The notes under the pieces: generated by a model | Told to the model about the DNA's origin: nothing | Database searches by the model: none | The model's input: the letters and a program-made list of their open reading frames with translations, nothing else | Assembly: GCA_913030785.1 (NCBI GenBank) | Contig: CAJWER010000001.1 | Location: 1 to 42,647, forward strand | DNA: 42,647 bases | Direction of reading: 5' to 3' | Source of the DNA: an uncultured Chloroflexota bacterium | GTDB lineage: Bacteria; Chloroflexota; Dehalococcoidia; Lucifugimonadales; CAJWER01 | Made by a program: the position numbers and the translations under genes | Shown here: in pieces, positions 19,693 through 27,188 of the stretch | How positions within the stretch are numbered: position 1 is the first letter of the stretch | Layout: the number at the start of each line of letters is the position of its first letter

Positions 19693-19710
19693 TCGTTTTC
19701 GGAGGGTCAA
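19681..19710 (-). promoter_or_regulatory. Sigma70-type promoter of the atpZBEFHAGDC operon
   Basis: Minus strand: TTGACC (19710-19705), 18 nt spacer, TACAAT (19686-19681). About 37 nt upstream of the atpZ ATG. Confidence 0.6.
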
Positions 19711-19718
19711 TCTCAATC

Positions 19719-19752
19719 AAGAGGCGCGCCGGGCATCGCGAGCGCGCCTCTT
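19719..19752 (-). terminator. Strong hairpin downstream of the bifunctional-nuclease gene (putative terminator)
   Basis: 11-bp perfect stem 'aagaggcgcgc'/'gcgcgcctctt' with a 12-nt loop. On the minus strand it is followed by the U-containing 'ttgattgagattg'. Confidence 0.5.
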
Positions 19753-19773
19753 CTTCAGGACTGGGAAATGTGG

Positions 19774-20370
19774 CTAGGTGGTACCCTCGGGCGAGCTGGC
19801 TTCCGAAGATGGCGGAATCTCTCCCTTGCCAAGGTCGTCCAGGTTAAGGGTCTCGATAAAGTCGGTGAATGCGGAGAGGCTCTTGAGCTCCTCCTCTTTC
19901 ACGGGCTCCGCGGCGTCCTCGCCGACCTCGGTCTGGACCGGCCTGCCCTCTTCGTCCATTTCGACTCCGGCCTTTTCGATGACATCGTCGTGGGCGAATA
20001 TGGGCGCGTCGGTTCTGACTGCAAGGGCTATAGCATCGCTGGGCCGGGAGTCGACCTCCAACTCGGTGTCGTTGACTTGCAGAATAATCTTCGCGTAGAA
20101 CGTGTCGTTGTTGAGACCGGACACCAAGATGCGTTTTACTTCAGCACCCATGGTCGAGATTACCGTTTTGAGCAGGTCGTGGGTAAGGGGTCGCGGCGCA
20201 GCGACGTCTTGCAGCTTGAAGGCGATGGCGTCCGCTTCGGTGGGGCCGATCCATATCGGTAGGTAGCGGTTGGACTCCTTGACTCGCAGGATAACTACCC
20301 TTTGCTGGTAGTTAACGATGCTGACCCGGATGCTGTCGATAACCATCTCTCGCATCGCGTCTTCCGGCAT
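19774..20370 (-). CDS. Bifunctional nuclease family protein (DUF151/BFN) with acidic C-terminal tail
   Basis: 'VVILRVKESNRYLPIWIGPTEADAIAFKLQDVAAPRPLTHDLL' is typical of PF02577. Start ATG 20370 has AGGAGG 7 nt upstream. The ORF-track start 20412 lies upstream of the predicted transcription start. Confidence 0.8.
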   Translation of the reverse strand: MPEDAMREMVIDSIRVSIVNYQQRVVILRVKESNRYLPIWIGPTEADAIAFKLQDVAAPRPLTHDLLKTVISTMGAEVKRILVSGLNNDTFYAKIILQVNDTELEVDSRPSDAIALAVRTDAPIFAHDDVIEKAGVEMDEEGRPVQTEVGEDAAEPVKEEELKSLSAFTDFIETLNLDDLGKGEIPPSSEASSPEGTT

Positions 20371-20399
20371 GGAATTCCTCCTAGCTAACCAGTCGGTCC

Positions 20400-20428
20400 A
20401 TTGTAAGACCACCGATTTGGCATGTCAA
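20400..20428 (-). promoter_or_regulatory. Sigma70-type promoter for the bifunctional-nuclease gene
   Basis: Minus strand: TTGACA (20428-20423), exactly 17 nt spacer, TACAAT (20405-20400). Confidence 0.65.
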
Positions 20429-20471
20429 TTTGGAGAGGGGGTTATTTACGCCCATGCAAATGAGGCGAGGA

Positions 20472-20669
20472 CTACGGCGTTTGGCTCTTGGGCACCACGC
20501 TCCGGGTCCTTTTGGAGAGGTCGGACCTGGAGAGCATTACGGTACGTTCGCAGGTTAGGCATCGGACGCGAATATCGGCCCCGAGCCGCGTCACTTCCCA
20601 GTCGAAACCACCGCAGGGGTGCGGCTTTCGGAGGCGGACTACATCGCCTAGGTGGAGGTCGGTCGCCAC
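20472..20669 (-). CDS. DUF951 family small protein
   Basis: C-terminal 65 codons of ORF 20472-21071. 'LGDVVRLRKPHPCGGFDWEVTRLGADIRVRCLTCERTVMLSRSDL' matches the DUF951 pattern (LGD.V..KK.HPCG...W...R.GADIR.KC..C...VM..R). Putative GTG start at 20669 overlaps the pyrF 3' end by 22 nt. Confidence 0.6.
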   Translation of the reverse strand: MATDLHLGDVVRLRKPHPCGGFDWEVTRLGADIRVRCLTCERTVMLSRSDLSKRTRSVVPKSQTP

Positions 20670-21493
20670 GGCTTGCCCGCTTCGTCCAATATCCCGTTCA
20701 CAAGTTGGCGCAGGTCGTCGGCGGCGGCGCGTGCGGCGCGCTCGAAGGAGGCCGGTTCTTTGGAGGCGTAGGTGATGCCTCGGGAACTGGAGACGATCAG
20801 GTTTCGTCCAGCCTGGTCTATGCCGGCGAGGACTGACGCTCGCAATTGGCCCTCCTGTGCACCAACTCCGGGCAGCAGGATGGGCATGTCCGGGGCTATC
20901 TCTCGGACGCGGGCGAGATCTTCGGGGTATGTGGCGCCGACGACGAGGCCGATGTTGTCGTTGCGGTCCCAGCGAACGGCGCTCTCGGCGACGTGCTCGA
21001 ACAGCCGCTTGCGTTTGCCGCCGAGGGCCTGGTCTTGAAGCTCCCGGGCGCCTTCGTTGGACGACCGGCACCAGATGATGATGCCTCTGTCGGCATAGTC
21101 GATGAATGGGCCGAGGGCTTCAACGCCGGCGTAGCCGTTGAAGGTGGCCGCGTCAAAGCCCCAGGTATCGAACAGGGCTTTGGCGTACTGGGTGTTGGAG
21201 GAGCCGATGTCGCCGCGTTTGCCGTCGCCGAGGACGACAACGTCGGGGGCCTGGTAGCGGATGTAGGCGACGGTTGCTTCAAGGGCAATAATACCGGCGC
21301 TGCCTTGCGCCTCGTAAAAGGCCATGTTTGGTTTAAAGGCGCACACCAGGTCTTTTGTGGCGTCGACGATGGCGCGGTTGAAGTCCAAAATGTCGGGGAT
21401 CGCCATAAGTTTTGGGTCGGGGTCCAATCCGACGCAGAGCAGGCTTTGGGCGGCCTGCGATGCTTTTTCTAGTTTCTGGCGAAAACCGGTCAC
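20648..21493 (-). CDS. pyrF: Orotidine 5'-phosphate decarboxylase, type 2
   Basis: 'LCVGLDPDP', 'DGKRGDIGST/SN' and 'LLPGVGAQ' motifs. Preferred start is GTG 21493 with AAGGAG 5 nt upstream. The longer ORF start (21541) lies inside a repeat hairpin. Confidence 0.9.
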   Translation of the reverse strand: MTGFRQKLEKASQAAQSLLCVGLDPDPKLMAIPDILDFNRAIVDATKDLVCAFKPNMAFYEAQGSAGIIALEATVAYIRYQAPDVVVLGDGKRGDIGSSNTQYAKALFDTWGFDAATFNGYAGVEALGPFIDYADRGIIIWCRSSNEGARELQDQALGGKRKRLFEHVAESAVRWDRNDNIGLVVGATYPEDLARVREIAPDMPILLPGVGAQEGQLRASVLAGIDQAGRNLIVSSSRGITYASKEPASFERAARAAADDLRQLVNGILDEAGKPWRPTST

Positions 21494-21509
21494 GTGATCT
21501 CCTTCGGAA

Positions 21510-21539
21510 CCAGAGGGGTACGACCCCTCTGGACTCCCC
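21510..21539 (+). repeat. C-type repeat half-unit (perfect hairpin) in the pyrF leader
   Basis: 'ccagaggggtacgacccctctggactcccc': 9-bp perfect stem ccagagggg/cccctctgg, with the 'ctggactcccc' tail shared with 7771-7784. Confidence 0.7.
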
Positions 21540-21643
21540 ATCTGGGGGCGAGGTGGGACATTTGAAGTGTACGTGGAGATGGGGCGATGGGCAAGTTTGT
21601 GTGGCGGATGCGGCTGGTGCTAGCATCGGCCTTGAGGTGATTT

Positions 21644-22345
21644 GTGAAGCTGCATCCTGACCTTGTAGAAGGCAGGTTTGTTGAGAGGGTGAACCGGTTC
21701 GTTGTCAGGGTGGACCTGGACGGACGGGATGTTCTGGCTCATCTGCCCAACACAGGGAGGATGACGGAACTGCTGGTGCCTGGCGCTATTGTTTATGCCA
21801 CGCCAGTACCGGACCGTCCGGGACGCAAGACCGCTTATGACCTGACGCTGGTGGAGTACGCAAATATGCTGGTATCGGTGGACAGCCGTATGCCCACGGC
21901 GGTGTTTCGGGAGGCGGTGGATGACGGGGCGCTGGCCGGTTTCGAGGGGTACAAGGTGGACAGGGCCGAGGTTCCTCTCGGCGACAGCCGTATTGATTTG
22001 CTTCTGCGTGGGGGCGAGGGAATGTGTTACGTGGAGACCAAGTTGGTGAACCTGGTCGTGGATGGTCGGGCGCTGTTCCCGGACGCTCCCACGGAGCGGG
22101 GTCGCCGTCATCTGGGAGAGTTGGCTGCAGCTGTGGCGTCGGGACACCGCGCTTGCGCCGTGTTCGTTGTTCAGCGAAGCGACGCTGTTGAGATGATGCC
22201 GCACCGGGAGGCCGACGAGTTGTTCGGGGAGGCGCTGGACCGCGCTGTCGCTTCGGGTGTGGAGGCGAGGGCCTACAGGTGCCGGGTGACTCTCCAAGAG
22301 ATCAGGATTGAGGGGAGCATTCCGGTCAGGATGGGATTGGTTTGA
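21644..22345 (+). CDS. sfsA: SfsA family DNA/RNA nuclease (sugar fermentation stimulation protein A)
   Basis: 233 aa. 'GRFVERVNRFVVRVDLDGRDVLAHLPNTGRMTELL' and 'CYVETKLV...FPDAPTERGRRHL' are typical SfsA motifs. GTG start. Confidence 0.85.
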   Translation: MKLHPDLVEGRFVERVNRFVVRVDLDGRDVLAHLPNTGRMTELLVPGAIVYATPVPDRPGRKTAYDLTLVEYANMLVSVDSRMPTAVFREAVDDGALAGFEGYKVDRAEVPLGDSRIDLLLRGGEGMCYVETKLVNLVVDGRALFPDAPTERGRRHLGELAAAVASGHRACAVFVVQRSDAVEMMPHREADELFGEALDRAVASGVEARAYRCRVTLQEIRIEGSIPVRMGLV

Positions 22346-23037
22346 TGGCCAAAGGAACTGCGTCGCTTGGGGAGGTCTACGAGCTGATGCTGGGACGGTA
22401 CGGTCCGCAGCATTGGTGGCCGGCGGACTCGTGGTTCGAGATGATGGTCGGAGCGGTGCTCACCCAGTCTGCTGCCTGGACCAACGTTGAGAAGGCCATT
22501 GGCAACCTGAAGTCGGTCGGCAAGCTCTCTCCCGAGGCTATTCGAACTACGCCGCAGGACGAGCTGGCGGCGCTGGTGTACCCTTCGGGCTACTACAACG
22601 CCAAGGCCCGGAAGCTGAAGGCGCTGGCCGAGTATCTTGGGACAACTTGGGAGGACGATATCGATGCGATGGCGGGTGCGGACCTGGCTCCACTGCGGGT
22701 GGAATTGCTTGCGGTGCACGGTGTTGGGGAGGAGACGGTGGACGATATCCTGCTGTACGCCCTGGACAAGCCGGTGTTTGTGATTGACGCGTACACTCGA
22801 CGCCTCGTCGATCGCCTGGGTCTCGCGCCTGGGGAGGACCGGTATTCCGCGTACCAGGCGTTGTTCATCGAGCGGCTGGAGCCCGACGCGGAGGTGTACG
22901 GAGAGTACCACGCGTTGATCGTCCGGCATGCCAAGGAGGCATGCCGGAAGACTGCGCCGCTATGTAACGGCTGTGTGCTGCGGGAGGTGTGTGCGACGGG
23001 TCGAGGAGGGGAATTTGCGCCGGGGCGGACTTCGTAA
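22342..23037 (+). CDS. Endonuclease III-like HhH-GPD domain protein with C-terminal 4-Cys cluster
   Basis: 'LLAVHGVGEETVDDILLYAL' helix-hairpin-helix and 'CRKTAPLCNGCVLREVC' Fe-S-type cluster. 4-nt overlap with sfsA. Confidence 0.8.
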   Translation: MMAKGTASLGEVYELMLGRYGPQHWWPADSWFEMMVGAVLTQSAAWTNVEKAIGNLKSVGKLSPEAIRTTPQDELAALVYPSGYYNAKARKLKALAEYLGTTWEDDIDAMAGADLAPLRVELLAVHGVGEETVDDILLYALDKPVFVIDAYTRRLVDRLGLAPGEDRYSAYQALFIERLEPDAEVYGEYHALIVRHAKEACRKTAPLCNGCVLREVCATGRGGEFAPGRTS

Positions 23038-23076
23038 CGGAAGCCGTAACGGTGTTGGGAAGCTGCCCTTCTAGGA

Positions 23077-23853
23077 TTGATTGTGACAAAGTTCACAAGA
23101 ATTCCTGGGAGGGTGATCACGACTGCAGAACTTGCGACGGTTGGAGGGTGGCAGGGGCTGCCGTTCTACACACAGATGTCGATTGCGGGGCTGCTGGTGT
23201 ATGCAGCGCTGTTCGAGGGGCTTGGGGTGCTTATTTGGTCGCTGGGCGAGCCGTTTCTGGTGATATTCGCCAGTATCCTGGTGGTGCCTACGCTGGTGGC
23301 GGTGGTGCTGGACAGGCGGTACGGGAAGTGGGCGGTACTTGGTGCGGGAATATGGGCGACGGCCAGCATGCTGGTGCACTCTTATAACATCGTTTCGGCA
23401 CTTAGCCATGTCGACAGCTTCTTTGATTTTGGGATTGCACTGCCAATAACTCTTTCGATCATCGTGGCGGCCGTGGCTGGCTACGTGGCGTTCGGGCAAC
23501 ATCGCAAGGGCAATGCCCGAGTGACAGCGAGCAAAAACGAGTCGACCGCACTGACCTTGGTTGTAGTTGTAACAGTGGCACTGATGTCGGTGTCCGGGGT
23601 AATGCACCTTACAGGGCGGGAGTCCGCGTCTGCCGCAGACATGGCTGGGGCGACGCTGGTGAGCATGAAGAACGCGGAGTTTGAGCCGGTCAACATGCAG
23701 GTCGCTTCCGGGGATGCGCGGCTCGTAGTGAAGAATGGCGACCTCGGCGTCCATACGTTCACGATCGATGAGTTGGAGGTGGACGTGACTGTACTCGGCG
23801 GCAGCGAGAAGCTGGTCACACTGCCGTCGTCAGCGAAGGGCACATACGAGTAA
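23077..23853 (+). CDS. Membrane-anchored cupredoxin (plastocyanin/auracyanin-like) protein, truncated by an in-frame TAA
   Basis: N-terminal multi-TM region, then a cupredoxin fold ('FEPVNMQVASGDARLVVKNGDLGVHTFTIDEL...GTYE*'). The real start may be downstream (for example ATG near 23176). The stop at 23851-23853 precedes the Cys/His/Met ligand motif. Confidence 0.7.
   Translation: MIVTKFTRIPGRVITTAELATVGGWQGLPFYTQMSIAGLLVYAALFEGLGVLIWSLGEPFLVIFASILVVPTLVAVVLDRRYGKWAVLGAGIWATASMLVHSYNIVSALSHVDSFFDFGIALPITLSIIVAAVAGYVAFGQHRKGNARVTASKNESTALTLVVVVTVALMSVSGVMHLTGRESASAADMAGATLVSMKNAEFEPVNMQVASGDARLVVKNGDLGVHTFTIDELEVDVTVLGGSEKLVTLPSSAKGTYE
23081..23098. promoter_or_regulatory. Near-consensus Rex operator at the 5' end of the cupredoxin gene
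   Basis: 'ttgtgacaaagttcacaa' matches TTGTGAA-N4-TTCACAA at 13 of the 14 specified positions. Perfect 6-bp inverted arms TTGTGA/TCACAA. Confidence 0.65.
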
Positions 23854-23907
23854 GTCTGCACGATTCCGGGTCATGAGAGCATGACGGGGACGCTGGTGGT
23901 GCAGTAG
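23854..23907 (+). other. Orphaned in-frame continuation encoding the cupredoxin copper-ligand loop
   Basis: In frame after the TAA: 'VCTIPGHESMTGTLVVQ*'. With the preceding 'GTYE' this gives the type-1 copper pattern GTYE-[Y/F]-x-C-x-x-P-G-H-x-x-M-x-G-x-L-x-V. Confidence 0.75.
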
Positions 23908-23913
23908 GGATTT

Positions 23914-23942
23914 CCAATGTGGCCGCCCAGTGGCTACATTGG
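23914..23942. terminator. Hairpin between convergent cupredoxin and modC genes (putative bidirectional terminator)
   Basis: 'ccaatgtggcc gcccagt ggctacattgg': 11-bp stem (one G-U pair), 7-nt loop. No clear U-tract. Confidence 0.35.
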
Positions 23943-24000
23943 ACCCGGGCTTTCACCCTCATCTCAGTCCTCTCCCTCAGGAAGAGGAAGGGGACGGAGC

Positions 24001-25092
24001 TTAGGCGGGGGTATCTAGCAGGATGATGCTGGTGCTTTTGATGATTAAGTGGAGTTGCTGGCCAGACTCGATATGGAGGGTCTGCAGCGCGTTTGGGGTG
24101 ATTTCCACGGTCAGCATAGCGCCTATGTCCACGGATACGAAGACACGAGAGCCGGAGATCTGGATGTCTTGCACGGTCGCTTCGAGGATGTTCCGGGCGC
24201 TGATATTGGAGGGTGGTTCGAGCGCAAGCAAGATGTCGTTGGCCCGAAGCGAGAAGGTCACGGTTGTGCCCGGATGGTGGCCGGATGGCGGGGCTGTGAG
24301 CCTCGTGGGGCCAACCTGAAGGATGGTGGCGCTGTCATCGTCATCCGGCGTAGCGATTTCGGCCTCGATCATGTTTTCGAGCGTCGCGTAGTCTGCCAGG
24401 GCCGTGACGTTCGGGTGGGTCAGCACGTGGGATGGCCTGCCCTGGGTTACTACGGCGCCGTCGCTCAGGACGAGGACGTTGTGGGCCAGGGCCATGACTT
24501 CGGACATTGAGTGGGAGACGTAGACCATCGGTATCTGGAGGTCTTTCCAGATACGAGCTAGGTATCGGATGATGGGGCCTTTGAAGGCGGCGTCGAGGGA
24601 GGCTAGGGGCTCGTCGAGCAGCAGTAGTCGTGGCGATGTGACTAGGGCTCTGGCGAGGGCCACACGTTGCGTCTCTCCTCCTGAGAGGCTTTCCACATCA
24701 CGCTCCAGCAGTGCTGAGAGTTGGAACAGTGAAATCAGCTGGTCCATTTCGACGGTACGGCGTTCCGCGGGGGTTAGCCGATAGCCGTAATGCACGTTGT
24801 CCTCGACGCTCATGTGGGGAAAGAGGGCTGAGTCCTGGAATACGTATCCGAAACGCCTTTTTTCCGGGCTCACGTTCTTGCGTGGTGACGACGAATATAG
24901 GGTCTCGCCGAAGGCTGCTATATGGCCGCTGTCGGGGGTGGTGAGGCCTGCGATGCTATCGAGCAGCGTGGATTTGCCGCTTCCGGATGGGCCGAAGACG
25001 GCCGTGATCCCTTGATCGAAGGTCGCTTCGCACGAGAGGGTGAACTCCCCGTAGCTTTTGGTGATGTCGAGATAGAGCATGTGGTCGGTCAT
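24001..25092 (-). CDS. modC: Molybdate ABC transporter ATP-binding protein with C-terminal TOBE/Mop domain
   Basis: Walker A 'GPSGSGKST', 'LSGGETQRVALARAL', 'LLLDEP', and a ~130-aa C-terminal TOBE-like extension. Overlaps modB by 4 nt. Confidence 0.85.
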   Translation of the reverse strand: MTDHMLYLDITKSYGEFTLSCEATFDQGITAVFGPSGSGKSTLLDSIAGLTTPDSGHIAAFGETLYSSSPRKNVSPEKRRFGYVFQDSALFPHMSVEDNVHYGYRLTPAERRTVEMDQLISLFQLSALLERDVESLSGGETQRVALARALVTSPRLLLLDEPLASLDAAFKGPIIRYLARIWKDLQIPMVYVSHSMSEVMALAHNVLVLSDGAVVTQGRPSHVLTHPNVTALADYATLENMIEAEIATPDDDDSATILQVGPTRLTAPPSGHHPGTTVTFSLRANDILLALEPPSNISARNILEATVQDIQISGSRVFVSVDIGAMLTVEITPNALQTLHIESGQQLHLIIKSTSIILLDTPA

Positions 25093-25766
25093 CGCCTGTA
25101 CCGACCCTTTCGATCGGCCCTTGAGAGGAGCCAGTTGTGAACCAGCAGGGTCGCCAGTGCGAGGCCGATGGAGACCGCCACGAGCTTGAGGGCGGTGGCG
25201 TCGTCGCGAAGCTGGACGTTGGAGTAGATGGCCAGGGCGAGGGTCTGGGTGCGGCCTGGAATGTTGCCGGCAACGGTGATGGTCGCGCCGAACTCACTGA
25301 GGGCGCGGACGAAGCCTAGCAGGACGCCCGCCAGGATGCCGCGGTAGGCGAGGGGGATGGTCACCGTGAATATGGTGCGCCATGGGCCGGCGCCCAGGCT
25401 TCTGGCCGACATTTCAAGGCGCTCGTCGACCTCGGACATCGCTGTCATCATGGACCTTGCGATGAGCGGGAACGAAACCACGGCTGAGGCCAGGACAGCC
25501 GCGAACCATGTGAACACTATTTGCGTGCCGAACAGGCTCTCTGTGATTCTGCCGATGGGTCCGTCGCGGCCAAGGGCTAGCAACAGGAAGAAGCCTACGA
25601 CCACGGGTGGCACGGCCAGAGGCAGCGACACTAGGGCGTCGATGATCGTCGCGCCGCGCACTCGCTTTTTCGTGACGAGCCAGCTTACCGTTAGGGCAAG
25701 CGGCAGGTTGATCGCGGTGGCTACCGTTGCGATCTTGAGGGTTAGTGTTATCAAGGACAGGTCCAC
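25089..25766 (-). CDS. modB: Molybdate ABC transporter permease
   Basis: The 'SLGAGPWRTIFTVTIPLA' EAA-loop region and its size (~225 aa from GTG 25766) fit ModB. The ORF-track start 25844 lies within a repeat. Confidence 0.85.
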   Translation of the reverse strand: MDLSLITLTLKIATVATAINLPLALTVSWLVTKKRVRGATIIDALVSLPLAVPPVVVGFFLLLALGRDGPIGRITESLFGTQIVFTWFAAVLASAVVSFPLIARSMMTAMSEVDERLEMSARSLGAGPWRTIFTVTIPLAYRGILAGVLLGFVRALSEFGATITVAGNIPGRTQTLALAIYSNVQLRDDATALKLVAVSIGLALATLLVHNWLLSRADRKGRYRR

Positions 25767-25793
25767 GTTCGCCTCATGATTTGGGAGGGTGCG

Positions 25794-25932
25794 CTCCCTC
25801 CCCCCAAAAAGAAACAAATAGTTAGGTGTGAGGGACACCCTCACACGCCCGGCAGATGGGCGATGCCCCTCTGCACACCCCCTAGTGTCTCAGATTTGAA
25901 ACCAACCCTTCGGCAGGCTCAGGGTGAGCGGT
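25794..25932 (+). repeat. Composite repeat (P + B + A modules) inside the mod operon (modA|modB spacer)
   Basis: 'ccccccaaaaagaaacaaatagtt', hairpin 'gtgagggacaccctcac' (25828-25844, identical to 29891-29907), 'gatgcccctctgcacacccc', and 'cccttcggcaggctcagggtgagcgg' (25906-25932). Confidence 0.8.
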
Positions 25933-25962
25933 TGCGGTCTCTTCTACGAGTGTATGTAACGC

Positions 25963-26787
25963 TCACCGGGCGGGCTGGAAACCTAGGTCCAGGAATATCT
26001 TGCTTGCCGTTTGGTCTTGTAAGAACTCCAAGAATAGCCTGGCGTCGCTCTCGTTGGGGGCTTTATGGATCAGCGCTGCTGGATACACGATTGGCGAGTA
26101 GCTTTCGATGGGCACGATGTCCAGGACCTCGACTCTGTCCGATGCCCGGGCGTCGGTCTCGTATACGAGCGCGGCGTCCGAGTTACCGGACTCGACGTAG
26201 GCAAGGACTGCGCTGACGTTCGGGCCGAATACCAACATCTTTTCGATCGGTGTCCACAAGCCCAGCTCCTTCAGCGCCTCCCGTGCATAATCCCCTGCAG
26301 GGGCCAGGTCAGGGTCGGCGATGGCGACACTTGGGAAGTCCGAATCTGTCAGGTCCTGCAGCGTATTGGGCTGATAAGCGCCCTTTTGGACGACTACCAC
26401 GAGCTTGTTGGTGAGCAGGTCTACTGGCTCTGAACGGACGAGGTTTCTCTCAATAAGGAACTGCATGGGCAGTTCGCCAGCGGCGACGATAATATCTGCG
26501 GGCGCGCCACCTGCAACCTGCTGCGCTAGCGTCTGCGATCCGCCGAATGAGAAGGTCACCGTGGCGTTCGACACTGCCTCGAATTCCGCGCCTATCTCTT
26601 CCATGGCGACTGCCAGGCTGGCGGCGGCGAAGACGAGAATTTCCTTTGGTTCGGAGTACGAGGGCGAGCACGCGAGCAGGATGAGGGCGAGGCCAAGGGT
26701 GGTCGCCCACTTTATGGGCCATCCACCCGTGGCACTTGGCGTAGTGTGGGATTGAAGGGGGGTATGCATTTGTTCTCTGAGGGACAC
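25963..26787 (-). CDS. modA: Molybdate ABC transporter substrate-binding lipoprotein
   Basis: Signal/lipobox 'LGLALILLACS', 'ILVFAAASL', 'FSFGGSQTLAQQ' and 'APAGDYAREAL' are typical of ModA. The start is uncertain (GTG 26787 or ATG 26769). Confidence 0.85.
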   Translation of the reverse strand: MSLREQMHTPLQSHTTPSATGGWPIKWATTLGLALILLACSPSYSEPKEILVFAAASLAVAMEEIGAEFEAVSNATVTFSFGGSQTLAQQVAGGAPADIIVAAGELPMQFLIERNLVRSEPVDLLTNKLVVVVQKGAYQPNTLQDLTDSDFPSVAIADPDLAPAGDYAREALKELGLWTPIEKMLVFGPNVSAVLAYVESGNSDAALVYETDARASDRVEVLDIVPIESYSPIVYPAALIHKAPNESDARLFLEFLQDQTASKIFLDLGFQPAR

Positions 26788-26865
26788 CTGTAATATCCCG
26801 GCTTTTCGTCATCTCAGTAACTATCTCAACATAGAAGAGGCTGCTTCTACCCGCCCACCCACCTC

Positions 26866-26933
26866 GGGGGGACTTCCAATAAGGGGGACATCCCCCATGC
26901 CTTGCCAGAGGGGTTACCTCTCTGGAATCCCCG
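26866..26933 (+). repeat. C-type repeat copy in the modA leader
   Basis: 'gggggacatccccc' hairpin plus 'ccagaggggttacctctctggaatcccc'. Confidence 0.65.
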
Positions 26934-27008
26934 TCAAGCTAGAGACAGGCGTCGTACTATCGCGGGCGAAGTGCCCACCTCTTCCTAGTGCGCCTTGTCT
27001 GGCTGTAT

Positions 27009-27037
27009 ATTATGGGCTCCGCGTCGGGTAGTGGCAA
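27009..27037 (-). promoter_or_regulatory. Candidate sigma70-type promoter for modABC
   Basis: Minus strand: TTGCCA (27037-27032), 17 nt spacer, CATAAT (27014-27009). Implies a ~220-nt leader. Confidence 0.4.
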
Positions 27038-27066
27038 TTCTGTGTGATGCGGTGTGGCTGGTCGCG

Positions 27067-27095
27067 TTGACACGGTTGTGGGCCGTGAATAGAAT
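27067..27095 (+). promoter_or_regulatory. Sigma70-type promoter for the formaldehyde dehydrogenase gene
   Basis: TTGACA (27067-27072), exactly 17 nt spacer, TAGAAT (27090-27095). Confidence 0.6.
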
Positions 27096-27188
27096 GCCCT
27101 TGCCTGCCGTTGACGATTTTCGGGTTCTTTTTGGCGGTTGGCGATGACACTTGAACCCCGACCAGGCCCAATAGCAAGGAGGCCCCCG

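Noticed and set aside
20472-21071. 199-aa ORF taken at face value
   Set aside because: Its N-terminal two-thirds is an Arg/Pro-rich off-frame reading of pyrF. Only the C-terminal ~65 codons (the DUF951-like part) look like a real protein.
23851-23853. TAA reassignment or genome-wide read-through as an explanation for the in-frame TAAs (here and at 42315)
   Set aside because: TAA is used as a normal terminator elsewhere in the window, for example by the MidA-like gene at 7939-7941. A local nonsense mutation or a sequencing error is more parsimonious.
25776-26216. 146-aa + strand ORF ('...PPPKKKQIVRCEGHPHTPGRW...LRQAQGERL...'), and similar ORFs at 29638-30075, 7687-8472 and 9234-9473
   Set aside because: Their distinctive peptides are translations of the intergenic repeat modules and recur wherever the repeat occurs. 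The remainder is antisense to real genes.
26788-27008. Possible molybdenum-cofactor (Moco) riboswitch in the ~220-nt modA leader
   Set aside because: I cannot match the leader to the Moco motif from memory with any rigour. Much of the leader is a C-type repeat copy. It would need cmsearch with the Rfam Moco model (RF01055) to revisit.
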